From an uncultured Actinomycetota bacterium (GTDB lineage Bacteria > Actinomycetota > Actinomycetes > Mycobacteriales > SCTD01): DNA of 64,000 bases. Shown piece by piece: positions 1 to 12,869 of the stretch. Every line of letters starts with the position of its first letter. Position 1 is the first letter of the stretch. The translations under genes and the position numbers were made by a program. The notes under the pieces were generated by a model that worked only from the letters and a program-made list of their open reading frames with translations, was not told where the DNA came from and ran no database searches. The stretch is taken from NCBI GenBank assembly GCA_963726975.1, contig CAVSEK010000013.1, forward strand, positions 680,773 through 744,772. Reading direction: 5' to 3'.

Positions 1-45
1 TGCAGCCAGGCCGCGCGGCCGGTCGCGACAGCCGGCTGCGAGCGA

Positions 46-825
46 TCACCGGGGGCGGTGCGCGACCCGGCTCCTCGGTGACCACGAGCAGCTCCGGCGC
101 CCGCCCGAGCGCCGGGCAGGGCGGCAGCTGCTCGACGACGTGGACGCCGGAGCCGGGCACGTCGAAGCTGGCCAGCGCCCGGTCGCCGGCTCGGCGCCGC
201 TCTGGCCCCACAGCACGTACGCCGACGAGCCGGGTCGTTCGGCGGCCAGGCCGTCGACGAGCAGGTCGAGCCGGCTCGGCGTGGACCACCGCGACCGCGG
301 TGACCTGGCCCCGCTGGGCGACAGCGGCACGGTGACGGCCGGCCCGCTCGAGTGCGCGACCGCCTCGCGCGAGCCGCTCGCGAGGCCGCACGGCTGCGTC
401 CCGGTCGCCCTGCACCTGCAGGACCAGGCGCCCAGGCTCGGCGACAGCACGACGGCGGCCGCGGCGGCGAGGCGCGCCGTCGCGCGGCGGGACCGCGGCG
501 GGCTGCCGGGCCGCGGCGAGCTCGGCGACGGCCGGGGCGGCCGGGCGCCGGCCGGGGCCGCGGGCGGGCCGGACGGCCGGACGGCAGGGCCGTCGAGCCC
601 GATGCCGGGCCGATCCCGTCCCAGACAGGTCGGGGACCGCGACGGCGCCGGCTCCTCGACCAGCGTGCCAGGTGGGCGAGCGTCTCGCGGTGCACGGCGA
701 GGTCGGCTCGCACAGCGCGCAGGCCGGCAGGTGCCGGGCACGTGCTGCTCGTCCTCGGGCTCGAGCGCGCGACAGCGCGAAGCCGGCGACGAGCTCCTCG
801 TAGCGATCGTGCGCAGGGCGTTCAT
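46..825 (-). CDS. rskA: Anti-sigma-K factor (RskA family), frameshifted
   Basis: N-terminus ...ALEPEDEQH (anti-sigma helix), TM segment [10 protein letters not shown]-terminal AYVLWGQ; ATG overlaps the sigK stop (ATGA); several indels. Confidence 0.7.
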   Translation of the reverse strand: MNALRTIATRSSSPASRCRALEPEDEQHVPGTCRPARCASRPRRAPRDARPPGTLVEEPAPSRSPTCLGRDRPGIGLDGPAVRPSGPPAAPAGARPPRPSPSSPRPGSPPRSRRATARLAAAAAVVLSPSLGAWSCRCRATGTQPCGLASGSREAVAHSSGPAVTVPLSPSGARSPRSRWSTPSRLDLLVDGLAAERPGSSAYVLWGQSGAEPATGRWPASTCPAPASTSSSSCRPARRSGGRRSCSWSPRSRVAHRPR

Positions 826-1503
826 CGTCGGTCCTCCGGAGCCCGGCTGGCGGGGACGTCGCCGACGCCCGTGGCGGTGGCGGCCTCGGACAGCCCGTCG
901 AGCTCGCGCGCAGGCGCCGCATGCCGGTGAGCATGCGGGTCTTGACGGTGCCGAGGGGCGTGCCGGTGAGCCCGGCGATCTCGCGCTGGGTGTAGCCGCC
1001 GAAGTAGGCCAGGGTGAGGGCCTCGCGCTGCGGCGGCCGGCAGCGTCAGCAGGGCGTCGCGCACCCGCTCCCCGCGCAGCCCCGACCAGACGTCGTCGTC
1101 GACGGCCGGTGCGTCGCTCACCCGGGTGTCGAGCGGCGTCGGCGCCGGTCCGCCGCTTGCGCAGGTTCTCCTCGCGGCGCACGGCGTCGACGGCCTTGTG
1201 GTGGGTCATCGACAGCAGCCAGGTCGAGAAGCCGCCGCGGGCGGCGTCGAACCGCGAGGCGTCGCGCCACACGGCGAGGAAGACCTCCTGCACGCAGTCC
1301 TGGGCGAACTGGTCGTCGGCCAGGATCCGGCGCGCGAGGCCGTAGCAGGCACGGCCGTAGCGCGCGTAGAGCGCCTCGAGCGCCGCGCCGTCGCCGTCGG
1401 CGACGCGCCCGACGAGCTCCCGGTCCTCGAGACCGGCCTCGCCCGCGGACGGGCCGGTCTCGGACGCGCCGGGGCCGGGCGGGCGGCTCCGGGGCAGCGT
1501 CAT
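822..1503 (-). CDS. sigK: ECF RNA polymerase sigma factor, SigK-like, frameshifted
   Basis: Region 2 [44 protein letters not shown]; region 4 ([20 protein letters not shown]) recoverable in a shifted frame; followed by an RskA-like gene. Confidence 0.8.
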
Positions 1504-1524
1504 GGCGGTCCTCACGACAAGACG

Positions 1525-1550
1525 TTCGCGGCACGGCCCTGATCGGATGG
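1525..1550 (-). promoter_or_regulatory. SigK-type promoter of sigK (autoregulation)
   Basis: Minus strand CCATCC-N15-GCGAA, one mismatch from the mycobacterial SigK consensus CCATCC-N15-CCGAA, ending 21 nt before the ATG. Confidence 0.65.
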
Positions 1551-1773
1551 GTCCCGGTCGGGCACGTCGGCGGCCGCCCGACCGACCTGCGTCGCACGAG
1601 CCGCCGCGGCGATCGACGGCCGCCGCGGTCGCCGCGACGGCCTACCGCCGGAAGCCGCGCCCGGTGCGGCGTTCGGTCCCGGCGAGCGGTGAAACCGGGC
1701 TGCGACGGGGACCGTCGGCGGAGCAGCCGCCCCGCTTGACGCCGGCCGTCCCCACCGCCCGTCGGAGGTCCGC

Positions 1774-2214
1774 ATGGCCCGGCCCACCTGCGTCCAGGCC
1801 GAGCTCCAGCTGCGCCTGGTCGTTGCGCGGGGCCGTCCCGTGCCCGTCCGTGCCGGACTGCGCTACGAGGTCGACGACCCGTACGCCGTCCAGGTGGCCT
1901 TCCACACCGGCGCCGGCGCGGGACGGCGACGTCGTCGAGTGGACGTTCGCCCGCACGCTGCTGTCCGACGGCGTCTCCTCGGCGGTCGGCGACGGCGACG
2001 TCCAGGTCTGGCCGTCGGCACCGCCGACGGCCAGCCGGTGGTGTGCCTGTCGCTGTCCTCGCCGTCGGGCCGGGCGCTGTTCGAGGTGCCGCTCTCCGGG
2101 CTGGTCGAGTTCCTCGCCCAGACCTACGCCGCCGTGCCGACCGGCACCGAGAGCGACCACGTCGACGTCGACGCCGAGCTGGCCCTGCTGCTGTGGGGCG
2201 GCCGCGGCGCCTGA
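1774..2214 (+). CDS. ssgB: SsgA-like sporulation/cell division protein (SsgB-type), internal compensating frameshifts
   Basis: LRYEVDDPYAVQVAFH, VVEWTFARTLLSDG...GDGDVQVWPS (shifted frame), LSSPSGRALFE, FLAQTYAAVPTGTES. Confidence 0.85.
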   Translation: MARPTCVQAELQLRLVVARGRPVPVRAGLRYEVDDPYAVQVAFHTGAGAGRRRRRVDVRPHAAVRRRLLGGRRRRRPGLAVGTADGQPVVCLSLSSPSGRALFEVPLSGLVEFLAQTYAAVPTGTESDHVDVDAELALLLWGGRGA

Positions 2215-2292
2215 CCGCGCTCCCGGGCCGCCCCCGCCGTCCGCGGGCCTGCTAGGTTTTCTCTCGCACCGCGGCTCCGGCGCCAGGTGCAC

Positions 2293-2364
2293 GCGGACGT
2301 GGCTCAGTGGTAGAGCATCACCTTGCCAAGGTGAGGGTCGCGGGTTCGAATCCCGTCGTCCGCT
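2293..2364 (+). tRNA. tRNA-Gly(GCC)
   Basis: Acceptor GCGGACG/CGTCCGC, D-arm GCTCAGTGGTAGAGC, anticodon loop TTGCCAA, T-loop TTCGAAT. Confidence 0.97.
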
Positions 2365-2411
2365 CGGAACCGGCGCCGTCAGGCGCCGTCGCCGGTGCCG
2401 TCCCCGGCTCC

Positions 2412-2483
2412 GGCCGGGTGGCCGAGTGGCTTAGGCAAGGGACTGCAAATCCCTCTACGCGGGTTCGATTCCCGCCCCGGCCC
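2412..2483 (+). tRNA. tRNA-Cys(GCA)
   Basis: Acceptor GGCCGGG/CCCGGCC, anticodon arm AGGGA-CTGCAAA-TCCCT, T-arm GCGGG-TTCGATT-CCCGC. Confidence 0.95.
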
Positions 2484-2528
2484 TCGCCGGACCTCGTGTC
2501 CGGGGTGCAGGACAACTCGCACACGCAC

Positions 2529-2602
2529 GGGCGATTGGCGCAGTCTGGTAGCGCGCTTCCTTGACACGGAAGAGGTCACAGGTTCAAGTCCTGTATCGCC
2601 CA
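2529..2602 (+). tRNA. tRNA-Val(GAC)
   Basis: Acceptor GGGCGAT/ATCGCCC, anticodon arm CTTCC-TTGACAC-GGAAG, T-arm ACAGG-TTCAAGT-CCTGT; Gly-Cys-Val order is typical of actinobacteria. Confidence 0.96.
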
Positions 2603-2738
2603 CCTCACCGGCCCGGTGGGCCGGCAGCGCCCGACCGCGGGCCCGTCACGACGGTCGACCCCTCGACGGCAGCGTGCCGACCATCGGCCCCACGGCGGTG
2701 CCCCGAGACCGGGCCACCCCGAGGGGGCGGCGCCGGGG

Positions 2739-2765
2739 CTCACGCTCCCGTCCCCTCCTGCCGAA
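2739..2765 (+). promoter_or_regulatory. Putative FliA/WhiG (sigma28-type) promoter
   Basis: CTCA-N17-GCCGAA upstream of the EAL-DICT gene. Confidence 0.5.
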
Positions 2766-2821
2766 GACCCGGGCAGCGGCCGGACAGACCGGTCGCCCGG
2801 ACAAGGAGCGGGACCGACGTC

Positions 2822-4210
2822 GTGCGCACGTTCACCCGGGCGGGCCGGCCACCTGTGGCCCCGACTGCCCCGCCTGCCCCGCCAGCCCCGCCTGCCCCGT
2901 TCACCCCGCGCGCGGCGGTCCCCCACCCACGCGCCGCGACCGGTCTGCGGACCTCCCCGGCCGGACGTGAGCCGGACGTCCACGAGGTCATCGACCGGCG
3001 GATGGTCACCACGCTCTTCCAGCCGGTGGTCCTGCTGAGCAGCGGCGCGGTCGTCGGCTTCGAGGCCCTCGGCCGAGGCCCGGCCGGCACCGCCCTCGAG
3101 TCGCCGAAGGCCCTGCTCGACGCGGCCGAGGAGGTGGGGCGGCTCGGCGAGCTCGACTGGCTGTGGCGCACGGCGGCGCTCCGGGCTGCCCTCGACAGCG
3201 GCCTGCACCCCTCGCTGTCCTGGTTCGTCAACGTCGAGGCCGCGGGGCTCGACAGCGCGTGCCCCGCAGACCTCGTCGGGGTCCACGCGCGCGCCCGCAG
3301 CGGCCTGCGGGTGGTGCTGGAGCTCACCGAGCGCGACGTCAACGGGCAGGTGACCGCACTGCTGCACGCCGCCGAACAGGCCCGCCAGTCGACGTGGGGC
3401 ATCTCCCTGGACGACGTCGGCACGGAGGCCAAGTCGCTCGCCCTGCTCCCGTTCCTGCAGCCCGACGTCATCCGGCTCGACATGCGCCTGCTGGCCCGCG
3501 AGAGCGCGGCCACGGTCGCGAGCATCACGGCGGCCGTGCGCGCCCACGCCGAGCGCAGCGGCGCGATCATCCTCGCCGAGGGCGTCGAGGACGCCGCCAC
3601 GCAGGAGCGGGCCCGGGCGTACGGCGCGACGTACGGCCAGGGGTGGTACTACGGCTGGCCGGGTGCGCTCCCGGACGCGGTGCCGGCGCCCCGCCACCCG
3701 GTCCCGCTGCGGCAGCTGCCCGAGCCGCTGACCGGGGAGACGCCCTTCGAGCTGCTCGCCGGGGCCCGGCCGACGCTGCGCAGCACCAAGGAGCACCTGA
3801 TGCACATCAGCGAGCACCTCGAGGAGCAGGGCGAGCGCGCGCTCGACGCGTCGGTGCTGCTGTCCTGCTTCCAGCGCGCGGAGTTCTTCTCCGCGCGGCG
3901 CGAGGCCGCCTACCTGCGCTACGCCGACACGCACGCCTACACCGTCGCCGCGGCGACCGGGCTGCGACCGCGGCTCTCCCCCCGGCTGCGCATCGCCCCC
4001 CTGCCGGACGACAGCGCCCTCGCGCAGGAGTGGACGGTCATCGTGCTCGGGCCGCACTACGCCGCCGCGCTCGCGGCGCGCGACGTCGGCGACGCCGGGC
4101 GGGACGGCCGCCGGCGCTTCGACGCGGTCTACACCCACGACCGCGACCTGGTCGTCCGGGCCGCGCGCGCCTTCCTCGGCGCGATCGACTCGGTGCCGGG
4201 CCGCCGCTGA
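2822..4210 (+). CDS. EAL-domain c-di-GMP phosphodiesterase with C-terminal DICT sensory domain
   Basis: FQPVV...GFEALGR, FVNVE, LELTE, SLDDVG, AEGVE, GQGWYY; C-terminal STKEHLMHISEHLE...EWTVIVLGPHYAAALAARD (DICT); AGGAG upstream of GTG 2822. Confidence 0.88.
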   Translation: MRTFTRAGRPPVAPTAPPAPPAPPAPFTPRAAVPHPRAATGLRTSPAGREPDVHEVIDRRMVTTLFQPVVLLSSGAVVGFEALGRGPAGTALESPKALLDAAEEVGRLGELDWLWRTAALRAALDSGLHPSLSWFVNVEAAGLDSACPADLVGVHARARSGLRVVLELTERDVNGQVTALLHAAEQARQSTWGISLDDVGTEAKSLALLPFLQPDVIRLDMRLLARESAATVASITAAVRAHAERSGAIILAEGVEDAATQERARAYGATYGQGWYYGWPGALPDAVPAPRHPVPLRQLPEPLTGETPFELLAGARPTLRSTKEHLMHISEHLEEQGERALDASVLLSCFQRAEFFSARREAAYLRYADTHAYTVAAATGLRPRLSPRLRIAPLPDDSALAQEWTVIVLGPHYAAALAARDVGDAGRDGRRRFDAVYTHDRDLVVRAARAFLGAIDSVPGRR

Positions 4211-4253
4211 CGGCCCGCGCGCGATGCTCGGGGTCGCACGGCAGGCTGGGCGC

Positions 4254-5005
4254 GTGACGCCCTACCTCGACGCGCCGTGGCCTCTCGCCTTCGCCCACCG
4301 CGGCGGGGCGGCGGAGGGCGTGGAGAACGGGCTGTCGGCCTTCGCGGCCGTCCAGCGACTGGGCTACCGCTACGTCGAGACCGACATCCGGACGACGGCG
4401 GACGGCGTGCCGGTGGTCTTCCACGACGCGGACACCTCGCGCCTGACCGGGGAGGCGGGGCGGGTCGAGGACCTCCCCCTCGCGGCGGTCCGGGAGCTCG
4501 CGCTGGCCGAGGGCGAGCGCGTCGCGACCCTCGAGGAGGTGCTCGACGCCTTCCCGGGGCTGCGCTTCAACATCGACCTCAAGGACGCGGGCGGGGCGTC
4601 CGCGCCGTGCCCGGCCGTGCTGGCGCGCACCGGGGCGGGGCGGCGGGTCTGCGTCACCTCGTTCGCCCACCGGCGGGTGCGCGCCGGCCCGGCGGCCGCC
4701 CTGGGGCCCGAGGTGTGCACCGGGCTCGGCGTCGGCCGGCGTGGTGGGGGTCCTCGCCGGCCAGGGCGCCCGGGCCCCGGCGCGGGGCGGCCGGGTGGCG
4801 CAGCTGCCGTGGTCGCTGGCGGGCGGGCGCACGGTTGCCGGCCTCGGTGCTCCGGCTCGCGCAACGGGCGGGGCTGGCGGTGCACGTCTGGACGGTCGAC
4901 GACCCGGCCGAGATGGCAGCGGCGCTCGACCTCGGGGTCGACGGCGTCATGACCGACCAGCCCGCGGTGCTCAAGGAGGTCCTGGTGCGCGGGTCAGGGG
5001 TCTGA
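4254..5005 (+). CDS. Glycerophosphodiester phosphodiesterase family, frameshifted
   Basis: AFAHRGG...ENGLSAF, VETDIRTTADGVPVVFHD, NIDLK, VHVWTVDD...GVDGVMTD. Confidence 0.88.
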
Positions 5006-5036
5006 CCCGCGGCGGCGCGCTGCCCTGGTCCTGAGC

Positions 5037-5640
5037 TCAGGCGGCCAGCGGGTCGGGGCCGGGGTCGCGCGGACCGCGCCACGGCGAGGCGCGGCAGCAG
5101 CGGGTGCACCAGCGGGCCGATCCCGAGCGCGTAGACGACCGTGCCGACCCCGACGGTCGCCGCCGAGCAGGACGCCGACGACCAGCACGAGTCACCTCGA
5201 TCGAGGTGCGCACCACCCGGACCGGCAGCCGGTGCGGCGCACCAGCCCGGTCATCAGCCCGTCGCGCGGTCCGGCGCCGAGGCCGGCGCCGAGGTAGGCG
5301 GCCGTCGCGACGGCGTTGAGGGCGAGCGGCGAGCGAGCAGCAGCAGCCGCGGCCGGCAGGGCGTCGACGGTGGGGAGCAGCGTGAGCAGGCGTCGACGAC
5401 GAGCCCGATGACGACGCGTTCGCCAGCGTGCCGATGCCGGGCCGCTGGCGCAGCGGCACCCAGGCAGCAGCACGGCGAGCCCGACCGCGATGACGACCTG
5501 CCGAGGCTGAGGCCGAGCAGCTCGGCCAGCCCCTCCTGGAAGGTGTTCCAGGGGTCGAGGCCGAGCCCGGCCCGCACCAGCAGGCCCAGCGAGGCGCCGT
5601 ACACAGCAGGCCGGCGACCGCCGAGCAGCTGGCGGCCGCG
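5037..5640 (-). CDS. YczE/YyaS/YitT-family membrane protein, heavily frameshifted (start approximate)
   Basis: YGASLGLLVRAGLGLDPWNTFQEGL; AAYLGAGLGAGPRDGLMTGL. Confidence 0.7.
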
Positions 5641-5659
5641 GCGCCGGGGCCGGCTCGCC

Positions 5660-6224
5660 GCCGGGCGGCAGGCAGCGCGCGGGGCGGCCATCGGGAGCGC
5701 CCGCGGCCAGGGCTCACGGGCCGCGTGCGACGTGCCGCTGTGCGGGGTGGAGTTGAGCAGCCCGAACAGCGCGTGCACCTCGGTGCGCGCGGCGGCGGGC
5801 GGTCAGGTCGGGCCGGACCCGGCGCAGCGCGTCCACCCAGACCTCGACGTAGGAGCGCTGCAGCGAGCGCACCCGCTCGGCCTGCTGCGCGGGCAGGCTG
5901 GCAGGTCGCGGTCCTGCACCCGGATGAGGTCGGGCTCGGCGGTGGCGAAGTCGGCGTGGAACGCGAGCAGCGCGAGGACCGCGCTCCCGGTCGCCGCCCG
6001 CGGCCTCCATGACGGCGCGGCCGCCCTCGAGCAGCTGCTCGCTGATGCCGACGAGCAGCCGGGCCAGCACCTCGGACTTGCTCGAGAAGTGCTTGTACAG
6101 CCCGGCCCGGAGATGCCGCTGGCCGCGCCCAGGTCCTCCATCGTCGTGCCGTGGAACCCCGCCGGGCGAACAGCCGGGCGGCCTCGCGCAGCACCCGGTC
6201 GCGGGTGCGTGGCGCGCCGGGCAC
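5660..6224 (-). CDS. TetR-family regulator (BkaR/Rv2506-like), frameshifted (3' end approximate)
   Basis: RDRVLREAARLFARRG, MEDLGAASGISGPG, LRSLQRSYVEVWV-like segment, HALFGLLNSTPHS; divergent from the carboxylase operon. Confidence 0.75.
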
Positions 6225-6253
6225 GCCCGGGGCCCTCCTGCTGGACGGATGAG

Positions 6254-6269
6254 GTGAGCGGATACTAAC
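6254..6269. promoter_or_regulatory. BkaR-type operator
   Basis: GTGAGC-GGAT-ACTAAC resembles GTTANT-N4-ANTAAC, inside the imperfect palindrome AGGTGAG...CTAACCT between the TetR gene and the operon. Confidence 0.55.
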
Positions 6270-6321
6270 CTCGCGACGTCGGCGGGCCCGTGACCCGGGC
6301 CACACAGCGGGCGGGGGCGAC

Positions 6322-7904
<1,583 letters not shown>

Positions 7905-7908
<4 letters not shown>

Positions 7909-9908
7909 GCGCCGTGGCCCTGTTCGACACCGTCCTCGTCGCCAACCGCGGCGAGATCGCCGTACGGGTCGTACGCACCCTGCGCCGCCTGGGGATCCGC
8001 TCGGTCGCCGTCTTCAGCGACGCCGACGCGGGCGCCCGTCACGTGCGCGAGGCCGACGTCGCGCTGCGCCTCGGCCCCGCGGCGGCCCGCGAGTCCTACC
8101 TGTCCGTCGAGCGGCTGCTCGAGGCCGCCGCCGCGTCCGGGGCGCAGGCCGTGCACCCGGGCTACGGCTTCCTGTCCGAGAGCGCCGAGCTCGCCCGCGC
8201 CTGCGCGCAGGCCGGGCTGGTCTTCGTCGGCCCGCCGCCGCGCGCCGTGGAGGTCATGGGCGACAAGATCCGCGCCAAGCAGGCCGTCGTCGCGGCCGGC
8301 GTGCCCGTCGTGCCGGGTCGCAACGACTCCGGCATGACCGACGCCGACCTCGTCGAGGCGGCCGCCGAGGTCGGCTACCCGGTGCTCGTCAAGCCGTCGG
8401 CCGGCGGCGGCGGCAAGGGGATGCGCCGCGTCGACGACCCCGACGACCTGCCCGCCGCGCTCGCCTCCGCGCGCCGCGAGGCCGCGGCCGCCTTCGGCGA
8501 CGACACGCTGTTCGTCGAGCGCTTCGTCCTCGGGCCGCGGCACGTGGAGGTGCAGGTCCTGGCGGACGCCCGGGGCACGACGGTGCACCTCGCCGAGCGC
8601 GAGTGCTCGCTCCAGCGCCGCCACCAGAAGGTGGTCGAGGAGGCGCCGTCGCCGCTGCTCACCGCCGAGCAGCGGGCCCGCTACGGCGCCCTGGCGGTCG
8701 CGACGGCCGAGGCGGTCGGCTACGTCGGCGCCGGCACCGTGGAGTTCATCGTCGCGGGGGACCGCGCCGACGAGCCGTTCTTCATGGAGATGAACACCCG
8801 CCTGCAGGTCGAGCACCCGGTGACCGAGCTCGTCGTGCGGGTCGGCGACCGGTCGCTGGACCTCGTCGAGCAGCAGCTGCGGGTGGCCGCCGGCGAGCCG
8901 CTGGGCTTCGGCCAGGACGACGTGCGCCTGTGCGGCCACGCGGTGGAGGCCCGGGTCTACGCGGAGGACCCGGCCCGCGGGTTCCTGCCGACCGGCGGGC
9001 GCGCCCTGCTGCTGCGCGAGCCGTCCGGCGACGGCGTGCGGGTCGACAGCTCGCTGCTGGAGGGCGGACCGGTCGGGACGACGTACGACCCGATGCTCTC
9101 CAAGGTCGTCGCCTGGGGCCCCGACCGGGCGACGGCCCTGTCGCGGCTGGACCGTGCCCTCGCCGGCACGGTGGTGCTGGGCGTCGGGACCAACACCGGG
9201 TTCCTGCGCGCGCTGCTCGCACACCCGGACGTGCGGTCCGGGCAGCTCGACACGGGCCTGCTCGAGCGGTCGCTGGCCGACCTCGTCCCCGACCGGCTGC
9301 CCGACGGCGCGGTGGTCGCGGCGGCCCTGCGGCGGCTGCTCGACCTGCCGCGCGGGGACGACCCGTGGACGTCGCTGGTCGGCTGGCGGGCCGACGGGCA
9401 GGCGCCGCTGACCTGGGACGTGCTGGACCTGTCCGGCGAGCGGCTCCCGGTGCGCGTGCGCGGCACGGCCGGTGCCGCGAGCGTCGTCGTCGGCGACCGC
9501 GAGGTGCGCGCGGCGGCGACACCCCTGCCCGACGGGCTGCTGCTCACCGTCGACGGTCGCACCTCGACGGTGCGCACCGCCGTCGACGGCGCGACGACCT
9601 GGGTCGCCGACGACACCGGCACGTGGGCCGTGGTGGAGGCGCCGCCGGCCCGGGTGCGCGCCGCCGCCGCCGAGACCGACGCCGAGGTCCGCAGCCCGAT
9701 GCCCGGCACCGTCGTGGCGGTGCACGTGGAGGCGGGGACCGCCGTCGAGGCGGGTGCTCCGCTGCTGGCCGTGGAGGCGATGAAGATGGAGCACGTGCTG
9801 CGGGCGCCCCTGGCCGGCACGGCGGAGGTGCGGGTGCGCGTCGGCGACCAGGTCGTGGTCGGGCAGTCGCTGGCCGTCGTGCACGCCGCGGCCGGGCAGC
9901 CGTCGTGA
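7905..9908 (+). CDS. Biotin carboxylase/biotin carrier (alpha) subunit, AccA1-like
   Basis: [49 protein letters not shown] biotin motif; GTGA overlap. Confidence 0.95.
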
Positions 9909-10941
9909 CGACGCCGCCCCCGGGCCTGCCCGGTGCTGCCGCGGTCCGGCTGGACGGGCTGCCCTCGCGCGTCGAGGTCTACGAGGTCGGGCCCCGCGAC
10001 GGCCTGCAGAACGAGAGCGCCGTCGTGCCCGTCGAGGTGAAGGCCGAGTTCGTCCGACGGCTCGCCGCCGCCGGGCTGCGCACCGTCGAGCTGACCAGCT
10101 TCGTGCCGCGCTCGTGGGTGCCGCAGCTCGGCGACGCCGAGGAGCTGCTCGCGCTGCTCGGCGACGACCTGCCGCCCCGCGCGCCGGTGCTCGTGCCCAA
10201 CGCCCGGGGCCTCGAGCGGGCGCTGGCCACCGGCGTGCGCGAGGTCGCGGTGTTCGCGAGCGCGACCGAGACCTTCGCCCGGCGCAACCTCAACCGCTCC
10301 GTCGCCGGGTCGCTGGAGATGTTCGCGCCCGTCGTCGAGGGGGCCCGGGCGGCCGGCCTCGGCGTGCGCGGCTACGTCTCGATGTGCTTCGGCGACCCGT
10401 GGGAGGGGCCCGTCGACCCGGCGCAGGTCGCGTCCGTGGCGGTGCGGCTGGCCGAGCTGGGCTGCACCGAGGTCAGCCTCGGCGACACGATCGGGGTCGG
10501 CACCCCCGGCCAGGTGCGGCACCTGCTCGACCTGCTCGCCGGTCGCGGGCTGACGCCGGACCGGCTGGCGGTGCACTTCCACGACACCTACGGTCAGGCC
10601 CTGTCCAACACCCTGGCCGCCCTGCAGGCCGGCGTGACCGTCGTGGACGCGTCCGCCGGCGGGCTCGGCGGCTGCCCGTACGCCGGGAGCGCGACCGGGA
10701 ACCTCGCCACCGAGGACCTGGTCTGGATGCTCACCGGTCTCGGGGTCGAGACCGGTGTCGACCTGCCGGCCCTCGTCGCGACCAGCGCGTGGATGGCGGG
10801 GCAGCTCGGCCGCCCGAGCCCCTCGCGCACCCTCACCGCCCTGCTGCCCTCGCCCGACCCCGACAGCCCGACACCGCCCCCGACACCGCCCCCGAGACCG
10901 CCCCCGAGACCGCCCCCGAGATCCCAGGAGGAGCGACCTGA
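9905..10941 (+). CDS. Hydroxymethylglutaryl-CoA lyase
   Basis: [42 protein letters not shown]; stop is one base out of frame (likely a dropped C before TGATG). Confidence 0.92.
10867..10921 (+). repeat. 12-bp tandem repeat CCCGA(C/G)ACCGCC, about 4.5 copies
   Basis: Directly visible; encodes the Pro-rich tail [17 protein letters not shown] of the lyase. Confidence 0.9.
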
Positions 10942-12092
10942 TGCTCGACACCCGCCTCACCGAGGAGCAGCTCAGCCTGCAGAAGACGGTGCGCGAGTTC
11001 ACCCGCGAGGTGGTCGCGCCCGTGTCGTACACCCACGACCGCGACAAGACGTTCCCGTACGAGGTCGTGCGGCAGATGGGCGAGATGGGGCTGTTCGGAC
11101 TGCCCTTCCCCGAGGAGGTCGGCGGGATGGGCGGCGACTACTTCGCCCTGTGCCTGGCGCTCGAGGAGCTCGCCACGGTCGACCAGTCGGTCGCGATGAC
11201 CCTGGAGGCGGGCGTCTCCCTCGGCGCGATGCCGGTCTTCCGCTTCGGCACCGACGCGCAGAAGGAGCGCTTCCTGCCCGACCTCGTCGCGGGGCGAGCA
11301 CTGGGCGCGTTCGGGCTCACCGAGCCGGGTGCCGGCAGCGACGCGGGCGGCACCCGCACCACCGCCGTGCTCGACGGCGGCGAGTGGGTCCTCAACGGCA
11401 CCAAGGCGTTCATCACCAACTCGGGCACCGACATCACCCGCCTGGTCACCGCGACCGCCGTCACCGGGACGACCTCCAGCGGCAAGAAGGAGATCTCCTC
11501 GATCCTCGTGCCCGTGCCGACGCCCGGCTTCACCGCCGAGCCGCCGTACGACAAGGTCGGCTGGAACGCCTCCGACACGCACCCGCTGACCTTCGACGAC
11601 GTCCGGGTGCCGGAGGAGAACCTGCTCGGGCAGCGGGGCCGCGGGTACGCCAACTTCCTGTCGATCCTCGACGAGGGACGGATCGCCATCGCGGCCGTCG
11701 CGACCGGCGTCGCCCAGGGCTGCGTCGACGAGAGCGTGAAGTACGCCAAGGAGCGCGAGGCCTTCGGCAGCCCCATCGCGAGCAACCAGGCGATCGCGTT
11801 CAAGATCGCTCGGATGGAGGCGCGGGCCCACGCGGCGCGCACGGTCTACTACGACGCGGCCGCCAAGATGCTCGCCGGGCTGCCCTTCAAGAAGGAGGCC
11901 TCCATCGCCAAGCTGGTCGCGGGCGAGGCCGCGATGGACAACGCCCGGGACGCCACGCAGGTGCACGGCGGCTACGGCTTCATGAACGAGTACGTCGTGT
12001 CGCGGCACTACCGCGACAGCAAGATCCTGGAGATCGGCGAGGGCACCACGGAGGTCCAGCTCATGCTCATCGCCCGCGGGCTCGGCCTGTGA
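10941..12092 (+). CDS. Acyl-CoA dehydrogenase (FadE19/isovaleryl-CoA-like)
   Basis: [45 protein letters not shown]; RBS GGAGGAG. Confidence 0.95.
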   Translation: MLDTRLTEEQLSLQKTVREFTREVVAPVSYTHDRDKTFPYEVVRQMGEMGLFGLPFPEEVGGMGGDYFALCLALEELATVDQSVAMTLEAGVSLGAMPVFRFGTDAQKERFLPDLVAGRALGAFGLTEPGAGSDAGGTRTTAVLDGGEWVLNGTKAFITNSGTDITRLVTATAVTGTTSSGKKEISSILVPVPTPGFTAEPPYDKVGWNASDTHPLTFDDVRVPEENLLGQRGRGYANFLSILDEGRIAIAAVATGVAQGCVDESVKYAKEREAFGSPIASNQAIAFKIARMEARAHAARTVYYDAAAKMLAGLPFKKEASIAKLVAGEAAMDNARDATQVHGGYGFMNEYVVSRHYRDSKILEIGEGTTEVQLMLIARGLGL

Positions 12093-12869
12093 TGGACAAG
12101 ACCGTCGCCAGCGCGAACGGCGGGAGGTCCCGCCGAGGCGGTCGCCGACATCGCCTCCGGCTCCTCGCTGGCCGTCGGCGGCTTCGGGCTGTGCGGCATC
12201 CCGCAGGCGCTCATCGACGCGCTGCTGGAGGCCGGGGTCACCGACCTCGAGACCGTGAGCAACAACTGCGGCGTCGACGAGTGGGGCCTCGGCACCCTGC
12301 TGCGGGAGAAGCGGATCCGTCGCACCACGGGCTCCTACGTCGGGGAGAACAAGGAGTTCGAGCGGCAGTTCCTCAGCCGGTGAGCTCGAGGTCGAGCTGG
12401 TGCCGCAGGGCACGCTCGCCGAGCGGCTGCGGGCCGGCGGCGCCGGCATCCCGGCGTTCTACACGCCGGCCGGCGTCGGCACGCAGATCTCCGAGGGCGG
12501 GCTGCCGCTGCGCTTCGACGGCGAGGGCGGCGTCGCGCGGGCCAGCGAGCCCAAGGAGGTGCGCGACTTCGACGGCACGCAGTACGTGCTCGAGCGAGGC
12601 GATCCGCACCGACTTCGCGCTCGTGCACGCCTGGCGGGGCGACCGGCACGGCAACCTCGTCTACCGCAAGAGCGCGATGAACTTCAACCCGCTCTGCGCC
12701 ACGGCCGGGCGCGTCACGTCGCCGAGGTCGAGGAGCTCGTCGAGCCGGGCGAGCTCGACCCGGCGCAGGTGCACACGCCCGGGCATCTTCGTCCAGCGCG
12801 TCGTGCACGTGCCCGCCGGCGAGAAGAACATCGAGAAGCGCACGACCCGACGAGAGGGAGGCGTCCTGA
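12092..12869 (+). CDS. scoA: Succinyl-CoA:3-oxoacid CoA-transferase subunit A, frameshifted
   Basis: [61 protein letters not shown]. Confidence 0.9.

Noticed and set aside
2476-2484. tRNA-Cys appears to have C instead of the U73 discriminator
   Set aside because: Sequence reads GGCCCT; one extra C in a homopolymer restores U73, and the region is indel-prone
2529-2700. tRNA cluster as an integration site for a genomic island
   Set aside because: No integrase and no duplicated tRNA 3' end noticed in the window
10867-10921. Short tandem repeats as possible CRISPR arrays (also 14316-14350, 26969-27013, 63243-63286)
   Set aside because: Units are 6-15 bp, contiguous, without unique spacers, and no cas genes are present
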